Positions 1 to 7,390 of a stretch of DNA of 34,961 nucleotides are shown piece by piece. Positions within the stretch are counted from its first letter, which is position 1. Each line of letters starts with the position of its first letter. The stretch comes from an uncultured Phycisphaeraceae bacterium (GTDB lineage: Bacteria > Planctomycetota > Phycisphaerae > Phycisphaerales > Phycisphaeraceae), in assembly GCA_964544195.1 (NCBI GenBank), contig CAZJCN010000002.1, forward strand, positions 1 through 34,961, in the 5' to 3' direction. The translations under genes were made by a program, and so were the position numbers. The notes under the pieces were generated by a model. That model had not been told where the DNA came from. It searched no databases and saw only the letters and a list, made by a program, of their open reading frames with translations.

Positions 1-128
1 AGACCTGCATCGACTGCGGTCTTTGTGTCGATGAGTGCCCGGTTCAGGCGATCTTCCCCGAAGAGGACCTGCCGGAAGAGTGGCACGATTACATCGAAAA
101 GAACGCGGCCTATTACGCGAACAAATAA
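1..128 (+). CDS. 3' end of a ferredoxin gene (FdxA-like [Fe-S] ferredoxin), 5'-truncated by the window edge
   Basis: The frame beginning at nt 3 reads TCIDCGLCVDECPVQAIFPEEDLPEEWHDYIEKNAAYYANK, with stop TAA at 126-128. It has a CxxCxxCxxxCP cluster motif followed by the acidic tail seen in Azotobacter-type ferredoxins. It is partial, so it is absent from the ORF track. Confidence 0.7.
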   Translation, partial: TCIDCGLCVDECPVQAIFPEEDLPEEWHDYIEKNAAYYANK

Positions 129-219
129 TCTAGGCACCAATGTGTCCCTGCAGTCGCCATGACGGGTGTTGCCCGGTGTGGTGTGCTGTGTTTATTTCTT
201 AACCTGGACCTGTCTACTT

Positions 220-1167
220 ATGCTCTCGCGCGTGCTGATCACCGAAACGTTATCCGATACGGCGGCCAAGTGGTTGGCTGAACACGCCGAGGTGGTTTGG
301 TGCCCTTACGAGAGTTCACAACTCGATCAACAACTCACTCAGGCTGAGGGACTGGTGGTTCGAACCTATACTCTCGTTAATGATTCATTTTTGGATAAGG
401 CCCCACGGCTGAAGGTGGTGGGTCGAGCCGGTGTCGGTCTGGATAACATCGATCTTGATGCTTGTCGGGCCAGGGGTGTGCGAGTTGTTTATACACCCGA
501 CGCGAATACCCAAGCGGTCGTCGAATATGTACTGGCGCTGATGTTGGATCACTACCGCCCCCGTACCGACCTGCCCGATCGAGCCGATTCGGAGACCTTT
601 CACGCCCTGCGTAAGACCGAGGTTGGCCGTCAGCTTGATCAGCTGACACTGGGAATCGTCGGATTCGGTCGGATTGGCAAGCGCCTCGGCAGGGCGGCGC
701 ATGCGATTGGAATGCGGTTGTTGGTTTGCGATCTTTTGTCGGAGTCCGAGCTACGACAGGCGGTCGATTATCCCTTCGATTTTGTTGATCACACCACTCT
801 CTATGCTCACAGCGATATCGTATCCCTGCATGTCGATGGTCGACCGAGTAATCGACACATGATTGATGCCGAGGCGCTTGCGTTGATGCGTAACGACTGT
901 CTTTTCATCAACGCTGCAAGAGGCATGTTGGTGGACTCATCCGACCTCGCTGACTGGGCAAAGCTGAACACCAAGGCCCAGATCGTCCTTGATGTTCACG
1001 ACCCGGAGCCTCCGCCGGGGGACTACCCGCTCTACGGGCTGTCAAACGTTCGCCTGCTTCCACACATTGCTTCTCGAACATATCTAGCGCTGGAGAATAT
1101 GAGCATGGTCGTCAAGGACGTCATCAAGGTATTAGAGGGGCAGGAACCGGATTACCCCGCTGTTTAG
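220..1167 (+). CDS. D-isomer-specific 2-hydroxyacid dehydrogenase family protein (phosphoglycerate dehydrogenase-like)
   Basis: ORF 166..1167. It carries the NAD-binding motif GIVGFGRIGKRLG and family-typical catalytic positions (NAARG Arg, DVHDPEP Glu, LPHIAS His) in the right order. ATG 220 (MLSRVLITE) is preferred over GTG 166, because the 18 upstream codons are Cys/Trp-rich and unlike the family N-terminus. Confidence 0.85.
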   Translation: MLSRVLITETLSDTAAKWLAEHAEVVWCPYESSQLDQQLTQAEGLVVRTYTLVNDSFLDKAPRLKVVGRAGVGLDNIDLDACRARGVRVVYTPDANTQAVVEYVLALMLDHYRPRTDLPDRADSETFHALRKTEVGRQLDQLTLGIVGFGRIGKRLGRAAHAIGMRLLVCDLLSESELRQAVDYPFDFVDHTTLYAHSDIVSLHVDGRPSNRHMIDAEALALMRNDCLFINAARGMLVDSSDLADWAKLNTKAQIVLDVHDPEPPPGDYPLYGLSNVRLLPHIASRTYLALENMSMVVKDVIKVLEGQEPDYPAV

Positions 1168-1223
1168 ATTGGGTACGACAGCCATGCATTATGCAGGCAG
1201 ATCGTTACTCGGATGACATTTGT

Positions 1224-3146
1224 TCAATTTTCTTTTTCGATAACCGGGTTGCCGTGCTCATCGAGTTTGAGATCAGTGGGGCCCTGTCGAAACTCGACTG
1301 GGCCGGGTGGGCTGTTGCGCCAAGGCTGATCTTTGATGATCTCTTGGGCAGCACGGATGCCGTTAACCATGGCTCGGCGCTCGGTCATGGATTGGGGCGA
1401 TTCCAGTCGTGATTGGTATGGCTTGTGTTCTTCCTGATAAAGATGAATCGTCTGTGTGGGGAAAGCAAACTGGACACCGAGTTTATCTGCGAGGCGAACA
1501 ATATCGATAAATAAACGCTCTCGCTCCCGCAGTTCCGTAGACCAATCCGGAACCTGGTGGAATACGTTAAGCAGGATATTCAAACTTGACGGGCCGAATT
1601 CGTGGCACCAGACCTGAAAATAATCCTTACGTGTATAAGGATGTGTTCGGACAAGCTCACGGATGCCTTCCGTAAAGGCGATCAATTGTTCCGGGGTGGT
1701 GTCATACTGCACACCGATGTAGGTTTTCCATCGACGATACTTGCGTCGGCCGTAGTTATCCACTGCCGCGTTAATAAGATTTGCATTGGGTAGCGTGATG
1801 AGCGAATTATAGAAGGTGCGGATGCGGGTGGACCGGAAGCCAACCTCTTCCACAGTGCCTTCGATTCCTTCTGTAACAATCCAGTCTCCCAAAGTGAACG
1901 GCTTGTCAAACAATACGGTCAACGAGCCGAACAGATTTTTCACAGAATCCTGTGCCGCGAGAGAAACAGCCAAGCCCGCGATCCCCAATCCCGCCAGCCA
2001 TCCGGTGATATCCAATCCGAACACATTCTGTGCTACGAATAACGTAAACACCACCACGAGAAAGATACGCAGGCTTTTGCGCACCAATGGAACGAGTTGG
2101 TCATCCAGCTTGGTGTCTGTCTTTTCGCTGACTCGACGCAATGCAGCGTCAATCACGTCGACCAGATTGAACATCAGCCACGCCACAGCCAGAATCAGCA
2201 GGAACAGCACGATATTGTCAGTGAACTCCGCGAGTTTCGGTTCGCGGTAGATGTTGGCTATCCCGACCCACAGGCCCAAACTCAGCAGGGCAAAGCTCGC
2301 CGGGCTGGCTGCATTATCAAACATGATGCCGCGAACCTCCCAGCCCCGAGCCTGCCAGCGATCCCCCGCCTTGCGCAAGGCTGACTGTACCAGCTTGCCC
2401 AGCAATAACCCCGTAAAGATCGCGCCGAACAAAGCTAACCAGGCCCACCGTGGGGTTTTCTCAAACGTCGGACCGACCAGCGTCACCACGTTGGCTTCAT
2501 CAGTCTTCGCTGCCTGATCGAAATAGCTGGGGGGCAGCAATTCTGTGGACTGATCAAGGATCGGGATATCCAGCACGGTCTGCCGGCTGAATCGCCAGAT
2601 ACCGTCTTCATCCCTCTCAGTGATGATTCGGCCTTTGGGCGCTTTCCCATAACTGGCTAATTTATCCCAGACCCATGCATAAGCCGGCGAAGGAAAGAAC
2701 TGATATCGACGTATCGGATCGAGATCGCTATCCACTTCTGTGCTGATGGCCAGCTCATCGGGTAACTGCTGCAAGTCCACTCGACCAAGCCGATTTAATA
2801 TGTCCAGGAGCTTTCTTGCTCTATCCTGCTGTTCTGTAGCAGAGAGGTTTGGTGGAAAATCAAAACAATCCAATGCGCCAGGCCAGGCATCATCGTATCC
2901 ATCATCAATCCGGTTCATTGATGACAGAAATACTCGCATGACGTCGCGGGGACTGTTGAGCTTATGCGCTTGTAACTCATGTTCCACTTGTTCATCGAAG
3001 GCAGCGCTTTCGTAGTGTTCTGCCACGCTGTTCGAGGAGCCGGACGTATCTTGCGCTGTTACGAATTGAGGATAGACGGCAATAACCGTTAACAGCAGAA
3101 TAAACAGTCGAGTAGCATGCATGGTCAGGTCCGCTACAGTGGTCAA
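1224..3146 (-). CDS. Mechanosensitive ion channel family protein (MscS family, large form with periplasmic N-terminal domain)
   Basis: 640-aa ORF. It has an N-terminal signal-like segment (MHATRLFILLLTVIAVYPQFVTAQD; alternative start ATG 3122), a soluble region of about 230 aa and several TM helices. It then shows the MscS beta-domain signature NLFGSLTVLFDKPFTLGDWIVTEGIEGTVEEVGFRSTRIRTFYNSLITLPNANL. Confidence 0.85.
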   Translation of the reverse strand: MTTVADLTMHATRLFILLLTVIAVYPQFVTAQDTSGSSNSVAEHYESAAFDEQVEHELQAHKLNSPRDVMRVFLSSMNRIDDGYDDAWPGALDCFDFPPNLSATEQQDRARKLLDILNRLGRVDLQQLPDELAISTEVDSDLDPIRRYQFFPSPAYAWVWDKLASYGKAPKGRIITERDEDGIWRFSRQTVLDIPILDQSTELLPPSYFDQAAKTDEANVVTLVGPTFEKTPRWAWLALFGAIFTGLLLGKLVQSALRKAGDRWQARGWEVRGIMFDNAASPASFALLSLGLWVGIANIYREPKLAEFTDNIVLFLLILAVAWLMFNLVDVIDAALRRVSEKTDTKLDDQLVPLVRKSLRIFLVVVFTLFVAQNVFGLDITGWLAGLGIAGLAVSLAAQDSVKNLFGSLTVLFDKPFTLGDWIVTEGIEGTVEEVGFRSTRIRTFYNSLITLPNANLINAAVDNYGRRKYRRWKTYIGVQYDTTPEQLIAFTEGIRELVRTHPYTRKDYFQVWCHEFGPSSLNILLNVFHQVPDWSTELRERERLFIDIVRLADKLGVQFAFPTQTIHLYQEEHKPYQSRLESPQSMTERRAMVNGIRAAQEIIKDQPWRNSPPGPVEFRQGPTDLKLDEHGNPVIEKEN

Positions 3147-3249
3147 TGGCTATGGCTTAGCGCACATACAGCCTCAGTTCAACATATAAAGATTGTAACG
3201 GTTATGGGGGTTGGCGCGGATGTGTGGCTGGGATCGTCCTCGGGCTTTT

Positions 3250-3549
3250 CTATGGCCGTCTGATGACGCGGACGTTGCGCCGCCCATCTTCCCGTCGCCG
3301 AATCCCGCTGAATAGATTGGCTATCAGGTCCAGAAAGCGGGCGATGGTACCCAACACAATGAAAGTGACTATACTCACCAGAATCGCTGTCAGTGTCAGC
3401 AGGACAATCGGAACCACCACAACCAGAAGGGCCAGCAGTATGGCGGTGCGCGTCACCCAGCCTGGTTGTCGGGAGATCCGAGTCACCCACATCCCGGCAT
3501 CGGGATAGCGTCGATGTATCTCTTCTTCAAACCATACTTGCCAACTCAT
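3250..3549 (-). CDS. Hypothetical small membrane protein (99 aa)
   Basis: This is the only frame here with protein-like composition. It has a long hydrophobic stretch (TAILLALLVVVVPIVLLTLTAILVSIVTFIVLGTI) flanked by Arg-rich segments. The overlapping plus-strand ORFs are Arg/Ser/Thr-rich and look like noise. There is no clear Shine-Dalgarno and no recognisable family. It lies 103 bp upstream of the MscS gene on the same strand. Confidence 0.4.
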   Translation of the reverse strand: MSWQVWFEEEIHRRYPDAGMWVTRISRQPGWVTRTAILLALLVVVVPIVLLTLTAILVSIVTFIVLGTIARFLDLIANLFSGIRRREDGRRNVRVIRRP

Positions 3550-3726
3550 ATAAGCATCTTAGGCCTACTCGCGGACGTTGACAACGCAATGTATTTCTAT
3601 CTCCGATAACCTGATGCTTACGTCGGAGAAGGTGTTAAACCCACGTTTGTTCAGCTACTCCTTAAGTTCGAATCGTTGTCCGTCGATACGAACGCTAAGG
3701 CCCGTACTCAAGGAGCGGAGAGAATT

Positions 3727-4647
3727 ATGTCTGAACCAATCGCCTCCATCGGCCCGGCCGCGACCGGGCAGAACCAGGATCCCAAGCAGGTCGAGGCCAT
3801 CGTCCAGTCTGCCGTGCAGGAGATCAGTCATATCGCGACCCTTCCCGAGGTCACGATGAAGATCATCCAGCTCGTCGAGGACCCGGATTCGACAGCCAAT
3901 GATCTGAACAAGGTCATCAGCAATGATCCGGCCTTGGGTGCCCGGATTCTTAAAGTGGTGAACTCCGCATTCTACGGACTACCCGGTCAGATTGGTTCGA
4001 TCAACCGGGCGATCGTCCTGCTCGGACTGAATGCGGTGAAGAACATCGCTATCGCCGCTAGTTTGGCGAAGTTGTTCCGCGGTGGGAAGATCTCCAGCAA
4101 CTTCGATGCCCGAGACCTGTGGACGCACGCCATCGCCTGTGCCACCGGGACCCGTTTGCTTGCCAAACATGCGGGTCTGGGCCTGCCTGATGAGGCATTC
4201 CTTGCCGGGTTGATCCATAACATCGGCATTATGGTTGAGATCCAGGCCCGCCGTCCCAAGTTCGTGCAGGTGATGGAGAAACTTGAAAAAGAGCCCGACA
4301 CCACTTTGCGTCAGGCCGAGGCCGAGATTCTTGGTGCTACGCATGAACAATTCGGCAGCGCCCTGTGCAAGCTGTGGAAGTTCCCGCAAAGCTTCCAGTA
4401 CGTCACCGGCTTCCATCACAACCCGATGGAGCTGAACGACAAGAACCGGACACTGACCGGATTGGTACACGTCGCCGATGTATTGGTGGCCAAGCTGGAT
4501 ATTGGTTTTGCACGGGGTACGGAAACTACCGAGTTTGATCCTTCCCTGTTGCAGTTCCTGAACCTGACACAGGAACACATAGACGAGGTATCTCAAGCCC
4601 TCCCCGAGGCACTCGAAGAAACCAAGGCTCTCTTTCAGTCCGTCTAA
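3727..4647 (+). CDS. HDOD domain-containing protein (stand-alone)
   Basis: ORF 3676..4647. The HDOD-typical stretch is LPEVTMKIIQLVEDPDSTANDLNKVISNDPALGARILKVVNSAFYGLPGQIGSINRAIVLLGLNAVKNIAIA, followed by HNIG and GFHHNP motifs. Start ATG 3727 is preferred because AAGGAG lies at 3710-3715. Confidence 0.85.
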   Translation: MSEPIASIGPAATGQNQDPKQVEAIVQSAVQEISHIATLPEVTMKIIQLVEDPDSTANDLNKVISNDPALGARILKVVNSAFYGLPGQIGSINRAIVLLGLNAVKNIAIAASLAKLFRGGKISSNFDARDLWTHAIACATGTRLLAKHAGLGLPDEAFLAGLIHNIGIMVEIQARRPKFVQVMEKLEKEPDTTLRQAEAEILGATHEQFGSALCKLWKFPQSFQYVTGFHHNPMELNDKNRTLTGLVHVADVLVAKLDIGFARGTETTEFDPSLLQFLNLTQEHIDEVSQALPEALEETKALFQSV

Positions 4648-4781
4648 GACATTATGAACACATTGGCATCCTATGCGCTCCAACGCGCGTCGATGCCCGG
4701 TCCGGCCGACCGGCCCGAAACAGGCCCCCGTCGGGCGGCGTCCCGATGGTGTAGATGTAAGGCGTCTCTCTTTTCCCTCCG

Positions 4782-4815
4782 GGCGGCGGTACGACTCGTG
4801 CCGTCGCCTTTATTT
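4782..4815 (+). terminator. Candidate Rho-independent terminator downstream of the HDOD gene
   Basis: The 5' arm GGCGGCGGTA (4782-4791) pairs with TGCCGTCGCC (4799-4808), giving 10 bp including 2 G-U pairs. The loop is CGACTCG and is followed by TTTATTT (4809-4815). On the opposite strand the hairpin has no U-tract, so it is plus-strand specific. Confidence 0.45.
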
Positions 4816-4842
4816 GGATAGGAAACTCCTATACCATCAGCT

Positions 4843-6972
4843 TCACGCTGCTCGTCGTGAGCCGCTGATGGCAATCATCCCGATCAGACTAATAATCCCC
4901 AAAGCGGGTTCGGGGATATTTGTGGTGTTACCAGGCGGGGTTCCCGCGTTCCAGTTACCAAGAATCAAGTTTAAGTCTTCAATCCCTACAAAGCCGTCAC
5001 CCGAAGGATCGCCTTGAAGGGGGTCACCGGCGGTTACGATTTGGTTCCAATTTCCCAGAACGATATTCAGGTCTGTGATTCCGACAAACCCGTCACCATC
5101 CAGATCACCGGGGATCAAAGGTGTCAATACTCCCACACCGAATACACCGTCGTAATCCAGCACAGCCCAGACATGCTTGTTGACGAGGTCAACACCATAT
5201 GCCCCAAGGTCGGTGGGATCTAACATGCCGCCACCAAGGGTAGTCAGGTAGTCGGCGTAAGAGCCGGCAAAGAACGCCGGCGTACCGGCCGTGTTACCGT
5301 CCACCGCAAGCTGCCAGTCACCGGACACCGGGTCGTGGACCAGCAACCGAAGGTCGTCTTCCACGGCACCGAGTGGCAGCGAACCCGGTTCGTAGGTCAG
5401 TTGCAGCGTATACAGGTCGCCGGCGCCGCCACCGAAGACCAGATTCACCGCGTCACCGATCAGGTCGGCCGAGCCGGGGTCGGGGTTGGGCGTGGTCTGC
5501 ATCGAAACGTTCTGGTTCTTCGAGCTGACCCCATCTTCCAGTGTTGCCGCGACGTCGAAGGTGTTGACGCCCACGATGTGGCGGTACGAAAAACCAATCG
5601 ACACGTTAGCGTTGTCGGCGGTCGTGTCGACGAGGTGGTACTCGAGGTTCCAAGTCTGGTTGGGCACCGGTTCGGCGCCGTCGAGGAATACTTCGATGTC
5701 GTTGTTGATCCCGGCGAACGTGGTCATCTCAAGGGGGGCAACGTGTTGGCCGGTGTGCGTGCCCGAGAGCTGGCCGAAACGGTTGAACAGGAACGACGCC
5801 TGCGCCGACTCGCCGGGCTTGACCGGCGTGCCCGGGTCGAAGCCGTTGGCCAGGCTAAACGGGCCGGTCGTCAGCTGCCCGGTCGTGAACTTCACAGACG
5901 CGCGAAAACCCCCGGCAGGCGCGGCAGCGTTGCTCAGTGTCGCCGTCTGACCCAACGTGACGTCCACTGGGTCCGGCGAAGCCGTCAGCAACGGCGCTTC
6001 GTGGAGCTTGATGCTGATCGTGGCGGTGTCGTCCGGGTCTGTCGGGTTACCGTCGTTGACCACCGTCAGATCGCTTTCGTAGGTCCCGGTGGGCAGCGAG
6101 CGGTCGAGCGTAACCAGACCCGGGACGAAGACGGACTGGCCGTCGGCGATCGGCTGGCCGGTGACCTGCCCGCCGTCGGCCAGGTCGCCGCCGGGCACTA
6201 GGACGGTCGAGAACGTGGTGGCGACGCCGGAGTTGTTGGTGACCTCAATGCCCCGGCTGACCGTGCCGGTGCCCCGGAGCACGGAGGATGACAGTGTGCT
6301 GCCGTTGGCGTTGGCGGCGCCGTTGTTGACGGAGATGAACACCTCCGAGCCGTTGCCGCCGCCGGCGCCGTTGACCAAGAAGTTGTCGATGGCGAACTCG
6401 CTGTTGTTGCCGCCGAAGAAGATCTCGTCGACATAGATCTCCATGTAGGCGATGTCGACGAAGTTGCCGCCGTCGACGTTGAAAAAGTCGTCGGTGAGGA
6501 AGGCGGTGTCGAACTGCATGGACTCTTCGCGTCCCAGCCCGCCGCCCAGGCCGGTGAACGTCTGGGAGAGCTGGTAGCCGTTGAAGTTGGCGCGCCCGTC
6601 GGAGTCCTCGAAGTAGATGCTCAAAAACTCCGGCGCGACCGGGACGCCGGCCTCGGACCAGGCGAAGTCGAACGACACCTCGGTCACCGCGCCAGGCCCC
6701 ATCGAGCTGAAATCAAACGCGACGAAACCGCCCGAGCCGTTGTCCAGCGGGTTGCCCCACAGCGCGTCTCCGTCGATCAGCGTACCGTTGCCCAGCGTCT
6801 GGTACGCCGAATCGAAGAAGACGTTGTTGCCGGTGCTGTTGAACACGTCCACGCCGTCGGTCGTGAAGAAGAAGTCCCCGTCGAGCAACCCGGTCGGCGA
6901 CGCCGGCCAGTTGAACCCGTCCCCCGTCGGGCCGGACGTGAACGTATAAAAAAACTTGCGCCTGGGCCCCAC
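4843..6972 (-). CDS. Large secreted/surface protein body: beta-sandwich N-domain, Ig-like repeats, two dockerin/EF-hand-like repeats and a C-terminal PEP-CTERM sorting signal. It is out of frame with its own signal peptide (see 6948..7033).
   Basis: 709-aa ORF. The C-terminus IPEPALGIISLIGMIAISGSRRAA has the PEP motif, a TM helix and a basic tail. It is preceded by GDLDGDGFVGITDLNIVLGNWNQ and GDPSGDGFVGIEDLNLILGNWNA. The nominal GTG start at 6972 has no signal peptide. The real 5' end appears to be ATG 7033 in another frame. Confidence 0.8.
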   Translation of the reverse strand: MGPRRKFFYTFTSGPTGDGFNWPASPTGLLDGDFFFTTDGVDVFNSTGNNVFFDSAYQTLGNGTLIDGDALWGNPLDNGSGGFVAFDFSSMGPGAVTEVSFDFAWSEAGVPVAPEFLSIYFEDSDGRANFNGYQLSQTFTGLGGGLGREESMQFDTAFLTDDFFNVDGGNFVDIAYMEIYVDEIFFGGNNSEFAIDNFLVNGAGGGNGSEVFISVNNGAANANGSTLSSSVLRGTGTVSRGIEVTNNSGVATTFSTVLVPGGDLADGGQVTGQPIADGQSVFVPGLVTLDRSLPTGTYESDLTVVNDGNPTDPDDTATISIKLHEAPLLTASPDPVDVTLGQTATLSNAAAPAGGFRASVKFTTGQLTTGPFSLANGFDPGTPVKPGESAQASFLFNRFGQLSGTHTGQHVAPLEMTTFAGINNDIEVFLDGAEPVPNQTWNLEYHLVDTTADNANVSIGFSYRHIVGVNTFDVAATLEDGVSSKNQNVSMQTTPNPDPGSADLIGDAVNLVFGGGAGDLYTLQLTYEPGSLPLGAVEDDLRLLVHDPVSGDWQLAVDGNTAGTPAFFAGSYADYLTTLGGGMLDPTDLGAYGVDLVNKHVWAVLDYDGVFGVGVLTPLIPGDLDGDGFVGITDLNIVLGNWNQIVTAGDPLQGDPSGDGFVGIEDLNLILGNWNAGTPPGNTTNIPEPALGIISLIGMIAISGSRRAA

Positions 6973-7033
6973 CGGCGAAGGCCAGAACCCACAGGGTCAC
7001 GCAAACCCACCGCAAACTCGTATCGCGGCCCAT
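6948..7033 (-). other. Orphaned 5' segment encoding the signal peptide of the PEP-CTERM protein, ending in the A7 (plus) / T7 (coding-strand) run at 6948-6954 where the frame is lost
   Basis: Minus-strand ATG at 7033 is preceded by GGGAGAGGAG (7041-7050). It translates MGRDTSLRWVCVTLWVLAFAGGAQAQVF, with a basic n-region, a hydrophobic core and an AQA cleavage-type motif. Deleting one T of the T7 run gives AQAQVFYTFTSGPTGDGFNW, continuous with the 709-aa body. Confidence 0.75.
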
Positions 7034-7158
7034 TGTATCTCTCCTCTCCCGGCCGCTGGGCAACCTGCTCGCGGCGCCTCACGTGAACGTCAATGATTGC
7101 CATCTGATCAACGAAATGAATGTAGGCACAAGCTCGCCCTGCCAAGCCTAACGAAGTA

Positions 7159-7188
7159 AATATAACCCGGCTGTCGCCCGCCGGTCAA
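7159..7188 (-). promoter_or_regulatory. Candidate sigma70-type promoter for the PEP-CTERM surface-protein gene
   Basis: The minus strand reads TTTTTTTTG-TTGACC-(17 nt)-TTATAT. The -35 element TTGACC is at 7188-7183. The -10 element is TTATAT at 7165-7160, or TATATT at 7164-7159 with an 18-nt spacer. A T8 run (plus A8, 7191-7198) sits just upstream like an UP element. The site is about 120 nt upstream of ATG 7033. This is motif-only evidence. Confidence 0.3.
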
Positions 7189-7229
7189 CAAAAAAAACCC
7201 AGTCGCGGCCTAAATGCCCGCCTTGTATT

Positions 7230-7322
7230 TATAGAACAATGTATGCATAGCAAGCCGCAGCCGCTCGGGTGCGGTTTGTCCGCTCGGTTACGCTCGCAAC
7301 TCGTTCACCTCATTGTTCTATA
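7230..7322. repeat. 12-bp perfect inverted repeat (TATAGAACAATG / CATTGTTCTATA) enclosing 69 bp of GC-rich sequence with internal short repeats
   Basis: The left arm is 7230-7241 and the right arm is 7311-7322, an exact reverse complement. The interior contains CCGCTCGG twice (7261-7268, 7280-7287) and a CCGCA/TGCGG mini-stem (7254-7258 / 7270-7274). It is intergenic, between the clpP stop (7391) and the candidate promoter at 7159-7188. Confidence 0.6.
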
Positions 7323-7390
7323 GACAATCATGTCGGTAAATGCTTCCGCCACAAGCAGGGAGCCGCCAGCGGATTGTCCTCACCTCGGCG

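Noticed and set aside
3600-3690. GTTCGAATC (3667-3675) resembling a tRNA T-loop in the intergenic region upstream of the HDOD gene
   Set aside because: The flanking 5-mers (TTAAG / CGTTG) are not complementary, so no T-stem forms. I found no acceptor or anticodon arm either.
3979-4683. 234-aa minus-strand ORF overlapping the HDOD gene
   Set aside because: It has no recognisable motifs, whereas the plus-strand frame is a full-length HDOD domain with a good Shine-Dalgarno. It is an antisense artefact.
4846-5115. Dockerin repeats as evidence for a cellulosome
   Set aside because: No cohesin or scaffoldin, and no glycoside hydrolase domain, is in the same protein or nearby. The repeat pair next to a PEP-CTERM signal looks like a lineage-typical surface-protein module rather than a cellulosomal component.
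5335-6201. Long plus-strand ORFs (288, 154 and 115 aa) inside 5335-6436, antisense to the PEP-CTERM protein gene
   Set aside because: Their products are Arg/Gly/Val-rich with no motifs, and they lie in the most GC-rich part of the window, where stop codons are rare in all frames. The minus-strand frame has coherent domain structure and sorting signals. They are treated as GC-driven artefacts.
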